DNA of 60,678 nucleotides, the filler included, from Sphacelaria rigidula (Eukaryota): the NCBI GenBank assembly GCA_964200075.2. It is 7 parts of 7 records of this genome, joined end to end, with 100 filler letters (N's around TTAATTAATTAA, not from the genome) between each part and the next. Parts side by side here need not be neighbours in the genome. Positions count along the whole stretch, not along the records: positions 34,733 to 43,314 come from CAXNAA020010704.1; positions 43,415 to 51,996 come from CAXNAA020010705.1; 5 more parts are not named here. The stretch is one strand, 5' to 3'. This document shows positions 35,812-46,922 of the stretch, one piece after another; the stretch's first letter is position 1, and each line of letters begins with the position of its first letter. A program made the position numbers and the translations under genes. The notes under the pieces are model-generated. The model worked only from the letters and a program-made list of their open reading frames with translations, had not been told where the DNA came from and did not search any database.

Positions 35812-35897
35812 GTCTCGAAAGGGATGCATGGTCAATGATCTCACGACTGAGGCAAGCAGCAAATGAGAGCGCACCCCCTCCCCCTCCCCCCCCCCCC
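35812..35897 (+). mobile_element. LINE 3' tail with C-runs on both sides
   Basis: cccccccc|gtctcgaaagggatgcatggtcaatgatctcacgactgaggcaagcagcaaatgagagcgca|ccccctcccctccccccccccc. Confidence 0.8.
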
Positions 35898-36178
35898 ACT
35901 TCCATGTCCCGTCTCCCCATTCTATTAAAGGGAGCATGACAAGTACAGTAGCAACCTGGGCCAAAAAAACACAGTCCAAAACGCCTCCCCTCGCCAGGAG
36001 CAGGCGTAGTCTACTGCACGGGATCTAGGTCGAGCGCGAGGTCAATTTTGTGTTGAAACACACGACGTGATACACATCGCACCCGCACAAACGAATGACT
36101 TCAGCTCGAAGCAGCGTACAGCACTGACATTACGCCTCCTCCCTCCCCCCCCAAAAAAAACCCTGGCGCACGCTTCCC

Positions 36179-36889
36179 CTATAAACGCCTTCGTTTCTCA
36201 TCTCCCCCGAAACTCCTCTCCATTCGCTCCCCGGAGCCACCATCACCGCCATGGGAGTGTTGGAATTGGGACTGAGAACCACCGCCGTGCCCTTGCTGCT
36301 GTTGCTCGCGTGAAGAAACAGACGTGAAAGTACGCTCGTCCACCCGGACTCCAACCGTGCTCCTCCCGCCTGCACCCATGACCATGGCCCCGTCGTGAAC
36401 ATTGGGGTGTTGTCCCCGTTGCTCTTGTCCCTCCCGCAAGGAATCGGGCCTCGGGGGTCTCGAAGAGGTTCCAGCACCGGTGCCCGGACTAGAACCGGTG
36501 CCTTCACCTGCATGTGCCCACAAGCCCATGGTCAGTGACCCGGACGGACCGGCGGCGGCGGAGGGCGAGGTGGAGGAAGAGGAGGAGGACCGGGACCAAC
36601 CACGGGAAATACCCGGTCCAGCATGAGAAGTATCCGGTCCGCTGCTATTGGCGGTGGTGGAGTCCTTGTCGATGCCCATGTTGGCCTGGTGATGGTGGGG
36701 TGATAGGCTCGACGATGGTGTTGGCAAGCCCGCACTCGACATGGGAGGTAGTAGGCGTTGGCGGGTGGCGGTGGGCTGACGTGGTTGAGTAGACGGCGGC
36801 GATGATGCTGTTGCCGCTGATGCTGCTGCTACTGCTGCTGTCGAGGAATGAGCTTTGCTCTTTTTTTCCCCCCCTGCGCCCGCTCGTTT
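36179..36889 (-). CDS. Low-complexity Ser/Gly/Gln-rich exon, probably the 3' exon of the EsV-1-7 protein
   Basis: AAACAG| KRAGAGGEKKSKAHSSTAAVAAA...EKRRRL*. 236 open codons, phase 0, compatible with the 38906 donor. Confidence 0.6.
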   Translation of the reverse strand, partial: KRAGAGGEKKSKAHSSTAAVAAASAATASSPPSTQPRQPTATRQRLLPPMSSAGLPTPSSSLSPHHHQANMGIDKDSTTANSSGPDTSHAGPGISRGWSRSSSSSSTSPSAAAGPSGSLTMGLWAHAGEGTGSSPGTGAGTSSRPPRPDSLREGQEQRGQHPNVHDGAMVMGAGGRSTVGVRVDERTFTSVSSREQQQQGHGGGSQSQFQHSHGGDGGSGERMERSFGGDEKRRRL

Positions 36890-37659
36890 CTGTTTGGTGA
36901 AAGCAATGAACACCGTGATTTTAGGTGGATTGCGAGGGGAAGGAGGGAGGTTCGCTTTTCAAGTGCAGACAAAATATGCACACTTGATTTTAGTCGTCCG
37001 TCGTTGTGTGTCATTTGACAAAACAACACGTTATCGTTGTGATTGTCGTCGTCGTGGTTGATGGGAATATGAGCGTCCATGGCCATGAATTACATATGCA
37101 TACAAGGTTCCACTTCGGGAGGTTGGTGCGGGCCTCCCGGGGGTGACGCAAGTAGAAAATATATGGCTAAGAGAAACTACCCCGGCTGGTGCGCCCACAT
37201 TCACCGAAAGGTGTAGACCGGCGTCCAGAATAAATGGGACGACAACACACACACTGTTGTATCTCAATGTACAGTAGTGATCGTGGCTGTACAACACATC
37301 GCATGTGTTACAGGATGTCGTTCGTAAATACGCGAATTCAGACGGAGGCCGACTGCGGAACCGCCGGCGTAGGACATGTATGGTATTTTCGAGGTGCCAT
37401 GATGCGAAATATCTCTCGTGCCACAAAGATATGACAGCGGGAGACACTTCCCGAAAAATTGGAATGCGTGGAACATTCTTGGCATGTTCTGTGTAAATCA
37501 CTGTGGCTTTCACATCATCGGACTTTTTTTTAAACACGGCCATTGTTTTTTTGCGGCAAAACATTCCTGTGCTGCCGGTTGCTGTGCCTTGTTCAACTCG
37601 CTAACGGCCCATTGCACGGTCTCATGTCTGCTGCTGACTAAGGCCAAGGCAATGCTCAA

Positions 37660-38075
37660 TTGTTTTCAACTGTCCTTGCTCTCATGTTCTCATGACATTG
37701 ACGGCATAACCGGTGTGTTCGTGCTCCCAAGTGAACGAGAACGCGACAAAGATAAACACGGGGAAAACATACCCCGCCAAAAGTGATCTTATTCGAAGTC
37801 TTCCATGATTTTCAACAGGCTCTTGTGATTCGGGCTCCTGCTTCAAGTTTTTCCATGATCTTGAGAAGGCTTTTGTGGTTCGGGATCGACACCCCGCGAA
37901 AAAGAGCTAGATTGAGCGACTTTCGATGGCTAGAACACGCGCAACAGGAATCAGATGACACCCAAACGTGAACGACCATGTACCGCTGAGCCTTCTTAGT
38001 GCGCTGCGAAAGAAAGCGCGAGAAAAAATCCGTTGTCGCCAGAGAAAACTCGGCAAAAGTGGTGAAAAATGTGAG
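37660..38075 (+). repeat. Interspersed repeat, second copy at ~42008-42345
   Basis: Shared ggcttttgtggttcgggatcg.caccccgcgaaaaagagc...ggaatcagatgacacccaaac...gaaaactcggcaaaagtggtgaaaaatgtga. Confidence 0.8.
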
Positions 38076-38905
38076 ATGATGCCACGCTGATATTCGCAGA
38101 TCTGAAAACCGATGAAAATACCATGAGAAGCACGTGAAACGTTCATGGGTTGTTATCCTGGCAAACAATAGAGTACCAGAAGGTTTCTTTTCTCACACAC
38201 GTGGTGTATTTTCGGTGAGGTCCAACCTTCGTGAGATCACACTGGCTGTACTCTCATCACAGATTAATCACCGGCTATGCGAGAGGACAGCCCCCCCCCA
38301 TCCAACCTAAACCCTGTTTTGTGACACGGGCGTCAGTGCCATGTTCATGGTTGAGGACTGGAGGAGCTTTCAAATTCAAGCACGTGCGCGAGTGTGTCAA
38401 GGCACCACCCTTCTGTGAATCCGACGCACAGCGGATGTGGTCGATCCATGCTGTGCGTGCGCATGAGGAGTTCAACCGCCCCCATTTTGTACGAGTAATT
38501 GACTTGTGTGAAAGTAACGTTGGGTTAACGCTGGGCCGGATAACTGAAAATAATATTACGTCACGGGCGAACAGTATTTTATCCGTTGACACGTTCCAGA
38601 ACTGAAGCCAACCGTTCTTCACATTATGACCACCCGAAAATATCCTCCGCTCTGGAAAGCCCACCACTTCAAGGAAAAGCACCTAAAAGTACGAAAATTA
38701 AAAATCCTTCACAAGGGAGAAAAAAAACAAGAAACAAGAAAAAAAGAAAAGAAAAGAACAGAAATAAAAATTTGATCCTATGGTGGGAGAATGCACGACA
38801 AGAAAACAAAAACAAAAACAGAGAACGGAATACAAGAAAAGCAAGAGGAAAAAAACAAATGGACACCCTTGGCCAAGTACCAAATAAAACAGTCAAGCAA
38901 ATCAC

Positions 38906-39133
38906 CTGCGTATGATTCCTGCTGCGGACATCGATCATGCTGGCCAGCTTGTGCCTCCCGCAAAAGCGTCGCTTCTTCTCCCACCTGTAGCCGAAGCTCG
39001 GGTGTCGGAAGCAGTCCGTGAACTCGCAACGACTGCTCCGCACGTCCACCATGCCTTCCCTTTTGTGCGACGCACAGCACACTGCGGGCTCACCATCGAA
39101 GCCGTACACGCGGTACTTTTTACACCCGTCAAC
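38906..39133 (-). CDS. EsV-1-7 cysteine-rich repeat protein, internal exon with two repeats
   Basis: AATCAG| VDGCKKYRVYGFDGEPAVCCASHKREGMVDVRSSRCEFTDCFRHPSFGYRWEKKRRFCGRHKLASMIDVRSRNHTQ |GTGATT. Fits the C...GC.K.PSFG......FC..HK..GMVDV repeat. 228 bp, phase 0-0. Confidence 0.9.
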
Positions 39134-42100
39134 CTGATTTTGAAAAAGAAAACACACAAAAAAGAGGGAAGGAAAGAATGAAAATGGTCAAGGAAAAGAG
39201 ACGAAAAAATAGAAGAGGGGGGGGGGAGGGGGGAAACAAGTTGCGGGCAATAACATGGTGAAAAAGAGTAGAGACGCCATAGCATCAACAACACATGAGT
39301 TCGATTTGGTCCAGTCCAAAGACCCCAAAAAGCCGTACCGCATGCACTCTGCTACACCCATAGCGGAAATTGTGCCATTTTCGTAAAATTGAAAGCGTGC
39401 TGCCGCGCCCTGAGGGTCCAAATATTACTAGTGCACAGCAGTACAGCAGCCCGTCACGGCGGACTGTTACGGATTGGAAATCCGGATAGATGAGGCGTCT
39501 TCGAACAGAATCCGGCTTCCGCCCTTGAACGCTTGAGGACGTGCGTGGAAAGGAAGAGAGTATTCAAACGACAGCCCGACGGGGTGCGGGAGTGCCGATG
39601 GTCATCATCCAATCTGCGATAACAAAATATCAGGCTCGTAAAGTAAAAGACAGGAGAACGAACGAACGAAAAAAAATGGTCTTTCTCCATCGACACTGGG
39701 TACTGCACGGCACCCTCACTTCCTCCTGCACCCATACAAGAGCGTGTATCGCCACCCACGACTTGTTGCCACCGCACATACGTATATGACGCAAAGACAG
39801 AGCGAGCATCACCATCAACTAACTGGGCGAAAGGTCAGTGGTTTTCTCAGGAACACCGGATAGATGGTACCTGCAGGTAGGTCGCCTGGTATCTTTTGAT
39901 TCCGTAGTTTCCGACGATAACCGGATGGTATCATGTGCGTGTCTTCGAACTTTTGTTTGGAATAGCTAGGTAGGTGAGTCTCCATGCATCTGCAAACTTG
40001 ACCCAGTACTGTAGCCGAGTGATCAAGACTGGTTATACTCAAGCCAAGTGATTTTATACCCTATACTAAATCCAAGTTAGTTGAGTCGGGGTAGTCCAAA
40101 CCCAAGTCATTTGAGTATCTTGGTCTAAACTCGAGACATCTCGGCTCTTGTACAGGTTTTAAAACCGCCACACTGTAGACAAGTGATTAAGACCGGTCAC
40201 ACTGAAGCAGTATCTACATAAGCCAATAGCATGTGGAGCAGGACTTGAGAGAGTAAGGTACCGGAGTGAATCGTGTGATCGCACACAAGCCTTCCGGGGA
40301 GTGGAGTTGCCCGGAGACGACGCCGCATCCTTCTCCAAAATGCGGGCTTGAGAAGAGATCACTTCAGGTCACGACGATTTCATTCCATCCACTGAAGGTC
40401 GTTCGACGAAATTGGAGGACCGTGTCATTTTCCTCCGAATTTCTCCCAAGTTTCCCCGATTCCAAGCACTTTTCATTACCTCTTTCCGGAAATATATATA
40501 TATATATATATGTAGAAGGTTTCCCTTCGGGAGGTTGGTACTGGCCTCTCGGGGGTGACGCAAGTCGAAAATTTATCAGTGGTATTCCTTTCCATATTAT
40601 GGAGGCATTTGTGTGGGAGAATATGTACCTTCCAGTAGCTACTGTCATATTCCGCAGTCTCAATTGTCTCAGACCAAGAGTGGAGATCATGACGGGAAGA
40701 GGGGTGGGCACTTCCAGCATGAAGAGCTCGCTTCACGGGCGGTGTCCGGAGGTGGAAAAAGCACCATCACGCACGAGACCCGTCACAGCACACATCGCAA
40801 GTGATTGCTACTGAAAAAAGGTCGCGTCCCGGTAGGACACGACTCCCTTGTGCAGGGTTCTCTACATGCCGGCCTCACCCCGCGCGCACGGATTTCAAAT
40901 CTCACTTGTATACAGTATACATGTATGATACTGCTTGCTGTCTGTGTGTATGTAGTGTACCAGGTGTTGCAGCTAAGCGTGCATTTGCCCTAGGTGGCGA
41001 ACGTAGGAGTATTAGACCGCCTCTGCCGCTTTAATTCCTGCCTGTATCTTGAGCGGAGCTGTATGGTAACACAGCCGCTATGGCGCGCAAGCCGGCTGTA
41101 ACATTTCATACCGAATGGAGATTTCTACACCGTCTTGAACAGTTCCCACCACGAGTATCGCGCACGTCGCAGTAGGCAATAGCTTCGGTACTATGCACAG
41201 TACATTCTTTAAATTTGTATACTGACTGTAGAAAGCTTTTGTCTAGGGTGTAATACATTACCACACATGTTAAGCGGTGAGATCGTGACATAATCCACAG
41301 CACATGGCCGAAGTGGAAGAGAGGCAATCACCGAAATATTCACGTGCAAAGCCTGTGCGGCCGTACTCTGAGATGATAACGCTAGAAGAACACCAGCGCA
41401 ACGGCCATCCCGGCTGCCGGTCTGTCTGCACGACCGTCCCGGTAGTGATGGGATTGTCTGCACCGGGATGTCGCCCCCTGTGCCAGGTACGCCGGCAAGG
41501 GTCTGCGGCACTACCTGCTGGTCGCGCGACAGGAGCTTCACCTTCGACTGTCGAGATTTTTGAAGCGGAAATGTTCAGCTCCCAACCCTCACATATATAA
41601 CGGACCGTAAACGATGCTTGTTTGCTGGGTTTCTTCGAGCGTTCATCCCTCACTGGGCAAAGATTGATGATGAGGCCGGCGGGATTTGTCGCAGCTTGCG
41701 TGCTCAACAGTCACTGTATCCACTATAGCCGCCATCAGACAGCGGGGTGTTGAAAAAATAAAATCCCACGCACCGAGGGTATCCACCGTATCGATGCAGA
41801 CCGGGCCATCAGCGACTTCCCCTGCTGCAGCTGTGACTGTGAGACCTTCCTCTAATACCAATCTACGCATTCTCCAGTGATCTTCAACATGCTTTTGTGG
41901 ATTGTTGGGTTCGCATAACTGGGACCCACATTACGCAGATATGACGGTGTTAAAGGCTTCACGACAAAACTAAATAATAAGGGATCTCAGATAATTCGAC
42001 TTGTGTTTGCTGCTGACTGAGGCCAAGGCAATGTTCAATGTTCAACCGTTTTCATCTGCTTGCATGTTCTCGTGACATGCTCCCAAATGCACGAGAACGC

Positions 42101-42679
42101 GGAAGAAAATCACGGTGAGAAAATACCCCGCCATGAACAGGCTTTTGTGGTTCGGGATCGGCACCCCGCGAAAAAGAGCCAGTTCGAGCGACTTTCGGAG
42201 GCCAGAACATGCGCCACAGGAATCAGATGACACCCAAACCTGAACGGTTATGTACCGCTGCGCCTTCTTCGTGCGCTGCAAAAGAAAGCGCGGGATAAAA
42301 TGCCTTGCTGCAATAGAAAACTCGGCAAAAGTGGTGAAAAATGTGAAATGATACATGTACATACACTTCAAAGTATCTATATAGAAGAGCGAAGTACTGC
42401 AGATTTCCCTTTTCGATGGGAAAGTGGTCAGCTATTGTCCGAAATCAGCACTGCTGCTTGTTCAGCGCCCGCCCAGCCCCGCACTGCATATAGAATGACT
42501 GCAATGTACGAGTACTGTTGTGTTCGCGATATTGATGTTCTTGGTGATGGCGGCATTAGGCACCGCAGCGTTGTTGGGGTTACATCGAGATGGGATGCGG
42601 AAATTTATTTTCGTTCTTCACCTCGTGCTGTGTTGTTTTTCATGATATTTCCATCCCCCCAATCTTCCTCCCGCCCATA

Positions 42680-43314
42680 GGTGAACGCGCGGGGTACAAC
42701 ACAAAAATAAGATATATGACAGCAATGAGGGGAAAACGAGCGTTCAGACGCAGAGTAGACGAGGAAGAACACCTGAAGATATATGGGGGGCTGAGAGAGG
42801 GGACAGGGATGAAAGCATACTTGGATGGTCCAATGGACGCTGCGAAAAAAAAAGGAAATTGCGATTTCGGGTGGGGGGCCTGGACCTACCAGAAATAAGA
42901 AAGAGATATACCAGTGGTCGAGAGGTAAAAGCAGATGCACAGAATTGCCCCTGTAGCAAAGCAATAGAGAGCACAACTCATGTAGTGGCAGAATGTGAAC
43001 TATGCAAGGAGGAACGGGACGTGCTAGAGGGGCACATGCGGGATGTAAACGAAGGTGGCATGAAATCGTCTTGTGCATGAGACAGTAACGAGAAAACGAT
43101 GGCTATACTGGGAGATAGATGGTGGCCACAGACAGCGAAGCAGGGCGGGGATAAGATGTGTGAAAGGTTCTTGTGTAATGTATGGAAGAAACGTGATGAG
43201 CACCAAAATGCTGGGGGTGCTTCGCAAAATGTTGGAGGCAGTTCTATTAGGAGTAGGAAAGGTGCTCCGTCTCGACAGGGATGCGTGCTCAATGGTCAAA
43301 CGACCAAGGCAAGC
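42680..43314 (+). mobile_element. LINE ORF2 3' end with CCHC-type zinc finger (decayed)
   Basis: HLKIYGGLREG...LRFRVGGLDLPE.RKRYTS...CPCSKAIESTTHVVAEC...ILGDRWWPQTAKQ...GAPSRQGCVLNGQ, with a frameshift and a stop. Confidence 0.88.
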
Positions 43315-44831
43315 NNNNNNNNNNNNNNNNNNNNNNNNNNNNNNNNNNNNNNNNNNNNTTAATTAATTAANNNNNNNNNNNNNNNNNNNNNNNNNNNNNN
43401 NNNNNNNNNNNNNNCCTTTGGCTCGTCACCATGAGGGTGGTTCTTAGACCGTCAATGACTGCCCCCCTATTGACGTCCTGCCCCCTACGCCGGGCCCCCC
43501 CCCCCCCCCCCCCCTACGATGTACAGCCTTGCGGCGAGAGCAAAATGTCCACCTGTGGTGTATCCGGTACTGTAGTACTTTCCGTTCGTTGGGCAAGAAG
43601 CACTCAACAACTATGATTATACTTCGCATCGGACTCGGTTAGCAGGAGGCTGTGCAACTAGTTGCGTGCGAACAACTGCTATATACTTCGATCAGGAACC
43701 TGGGCAAACATAAGTCGTGTGCGGACGTCTACAGCACCGTCATATCCTCGTTGCCATTCCTCACGTTTACCGTCTTCCAGAAATCTAGCGCTCACGGTCG
43801 CGAAGCCATGGCACAAAAAGGCAGAAAAGAAGGAAATAATTGTATGCTTGCGAACATGAAAACAAGCTACCCCGAAGGGTGTGGTTCTACAAACGAGTGA
43901 AGCTACGATAGGGGGGGGGGGGGGGGGGCGTATTTTGGGTCATTTCTTTCAGGAAATTCCACCTCAAATCGTCGTTGAAAGCAGCATAATTTGTTTTTCG
44001 AACGCGCTTGTTACCAATAAGACACACTCATGCATACTGCCTGACACCGTTTTCACCAAAATATCAACCCGCCGCGAGTAATGAGGTCGTCCGGCACAAC
44101 TGTAAGCCCCTGGTTTTCGTGAAATTACCCCCTCCCCCCCCTCCATATCGTAGCATCCCTCAACACGCCAGCGGAAAAATACAATACACGAATTTCGTCG
44201 CGCGCTGTGCCTCCTCAATCTTCGTCTCTTCTATGGCAACGATGCAGAGGGGCTGCCCCCCCGCTCTGTCCGATTTCATTTCCTTCCTCCTCTCGTCCTG
44301 TCGTTTTGCTTTGTTATTTGGGCCCTTCCGTAACCTCGCCCTCCCTTATGTGTTTGTTTGCTTTACTTTCCGCCCTCTCCAACCAGCGCCTCACCGACGC
44401 TTCCGTTTCTTATCGGCGCCATTTCGCCTTGAACCGTTTCACTCCTTGCTCCACTTTGTCGTATCATCCAATTCCTCGGCGCTTGTTTTCCACCTCCTTT
44501 TCTCCTCATTTCCATACCGAAGAACTCAAGGTCCTTGCTATGGAAATGCATCCAGTCACGCTCTTGCCACCTTCTGTACTCCTTTTCCCCCCTCCAACTT
44601 TCTCAGGATGGCACTCTTTGGATTTCGGCGGTCTCACCCGCGCATAACGAGTCCTGTGAAGAGTAGTCTCCGTTTGCGCCCGGTGGCCGCGATGGTCTCG
44701 GTGCAGTCGGTCTCGAGAAGGACCTTGGAGCAGTAGGATATTGGGCAGTCCGTTCGCGTTCGCGTTCGCGTTCTTATGCTTCACCCGGTGCAGCGCGCGA
44801 GGAAATGACGGTGGAACTAGTCGAGCTTGGC

Positions 44832-45087
44832 GAGCAATGCTACGGTAGGGGTGCACTTTTTGCGCAAAATCTTTTCTGGTTCAGGGGCTCCTAACGATTC
44901 TAGATGCACGAGAATATGGGTCAGGGCATCCCCGTTTCCAAATTCATTCGGGACATCCCTAGCACATTGGAATAATAATCCTGGCAAACCGCCACTTATT
45001 TCATAAGTTGTGTTTTATATGAGATCAAGGCTCGATATCAATTCTAACCTCAGAAGGCGTTTTTGTACCCCTACCGTAGCGTTACTC
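44832..45087. mobile_element. GAG...CTC MITE copy 1 (Sola-like)
   Basis: TIRs gagcaatgctacggtaggggtgca / tgtacccctaccgtagcgttactc. Flanks tggc/tggt. Confidence 0.85.
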
Positions 45088-45129
45088 TGGTGTAGTAGAC
45101 TTTTTCATTACTCTTTTTTTTTTGTCACG

Positions 45130-45304
45130 ACTTAGTCTGCTATGTCGTTCTGTTCGACCCCTCCTTTTTTTGTTTTCTGTTCCTTTTTTTTTTTTCTCAG
45201 AGCGTGTTTCAGTTTATTTTTTCTTGGGCACGTCTATCATGAGACCGCGGCTGGACCCCTGGGGGGTTTGTTAGAGTGCGACAATCAATCAATCAAATCA
45301 ATCA
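45130..45304 (+). mobile_element. Retroposon 3' end terminating in (CAAT)n; second copy at ~46395-46630
   Basis: tagtct.ctatg.cgttctgttcgacc...atcatg.ga.c.cg.ctgga...agtgcgacaatcaatcaatc. Confidence 0.7.
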
Positions 45305-45846
45305 AGTAGTGCTCGTTCCTCCGGTTTCACGTCGTGCACCTGTAAAAAAGGGTCTCGATCACTTCGGCTTGGAGCAGTCGTACTCTGAGTCGGAGGGCGC
45401 GAGCTCTCGACGCTTGTACATCGACTGTCTATTCATTCCCCTTGCAGTATCCCCATGCTCGGGGCAGACGATTTGCCTTCCTCTTGTTCATCTTCCCGTC
45501 CTCGCAAACGGCCCCCCCGAGGTACACACGCTTAATGATTTGCAAGGGCGGTGTCGTGAAAGGTAGACCTGAATTTTGGTATTTTGAAAAATTGGAGATC
45601 CGACCCATGTATAGCGCTGTTGTTCCCCCCTCTAAAACCATTCACGTCATGGCGACTGACTTTGGCAGGAAATGTGCGGCTTGTCAATGTACCAAAATAT
45701 TGAGTATATCCTACCCCACACGCCGTTGACGATTTGGTTGTATCCCTGGCCGCCGGTGCTTACCCTGAATGAGCACTTCTACATCCCTTTCGGCAGCAAG
45801 CAAATGATCTCCGTCTTCGGCTCCGACACCATCAGTTTCAGCGAAC

Positions 45847-46108
45847 GAGCAATGCTACGGTAGGGGTACACGTTTTGCGCGAAACCTTGTCTGGTTCAGG
45901 GGCTCCTAAAGGTTCTAGATGCACGAGAATATGGGTCAGGGTACCTCCGTTTGCAAGTTCATTTGAGACATCCCCAGCACATTGGACTAATAATAATCAT
46001 CCCAGCGTCCTCTCACATATTTCATAAGTCGTGGTTTGGATGAGATAAAGGGTTCCTAAAAATTCAAATCTCAGAAAATATTTCTGCACCCCTACTGTAG
46101 CATCCCTC
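45847..46108. mobile_element. GAG...CTC MITE copy 2 (Sola-like)
   Basis: Same TIRs. 4-bp TSD gaac/gaac. Removing the element and one TSD restores the RTE frame. Confidence 0.9.
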
Positions 46109-46710
46109 GAACCGGAAATGCGTGCGGTGGTCGACATCATATTCTCGAGCCTCTCCGACGACCGCGAAATGATGTCTGTGTCGTCGGCAGATGTCATTCC
46201 TCAAACTGGTTCCGCGGCCTCCGCCATTGTGGCCTCCCCCCTTTCCCTTGCCTCTCTCTCTCCCTCTCTCTCTCTCTTTCTCCCTCTCTCTCGATTTTCG
46301 CCATACCCGCCGTTACCTCATCGTCTTTGGCAAACTCGTCTGCTGACACCATGGGGCATTGCGGCGAACTTTGTTTTGGACAGTACAGACAGGCTATTAG
46401 TCTACTATGCCGTTCTGTTCGACCTTTTCTGATCCTTCGTTTTCTTCAGCGAGTGTTTCAGTTCCGTTTTTGTTGGGTACGTACGTCTATCATGTGATCA
46501 CGACTGGATCTCTGGGGGTCACGTAAAGTGCGACAATCATGCGACCACGGCTTGATCCATGGGGGGTCAGTTTAAGTGCGACACTCACTCACTCACTCAA
46601 TCAATCGATCAATCGAACAAAATCAATCAAGCCAAGGCCGAGTTCAGGGTGAACGACCAAAATTTACTCTCAAGCCAGGCCTCACGCGGTTTCTTCGAGT
46701 CATTAGAAGA

Positions 46711-46922
46711 TCCTGAAATTTTGCACACATGTGCTCTCGGATATTTCGACACTCTGTATGAACGAGGTTTTGCATTATTTTTCTCACCAGATATCCGGGG
46801 TCCCAGAGGGCCGTGTGTACTTCACACCGTCTCTTGAGACCCCGGATATCTGGCGAGAAAAAAACAAACTCCACCACAGGGTTTTGTAACACCCAAGAGC
46901 ATATGCGTGCAAAATTTCAGGG
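46711..46922. repeat. Inverted repeat with ~95-bp arms; a further arm copy at ~47810-47908
   Basis: cctgaaattttgcacacat...ccagatatccggggtccca is inverted to gagaccccggatatctggcg...gtgcaaaatttcagg. Confidence 0.7.

Larger units (their letters stand above)
44370..46235 (-). mobile_element. RTE-clade LINE reverse transcriptase relic split by nested insertions
   Basis: Collinear pieces: GMTSADD..IISRS..LENMM, LMVSEPKTE...GQGYNQ, VYLGGAVCEDG...RAW...LRVRLLQAEVIETLFY...EHY, KL..FHRHFLARCTG...SYCSKVLLET..TIEATVRKRRLLF..PK...LEGG. Confidence 0.85.

Noticed and set aside
4627-39133. Functional cluster of NMD3, Nth-like, SET-like, XPG-like and EsV-1-7 genes
   Set aside because: Each lies on a different contig separated by artificial linkers, so adjacency carries no information.
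39454-39620. Additional EsV-1-7-like exon (AEAGFCSKTP..GFP)
   Set aside because: Required Cys/His residues are missing and there is an in-frame stop.
41200-41880. Cluster of 75-145-aa ORFs
   Set aside because: Stops in all frames, no motif, and no convincing splice pair.
44008-44736. 242-aa ORF on the plus strand
   Set aside because: Largely the antisense of the RTE relic and its 3' flank.
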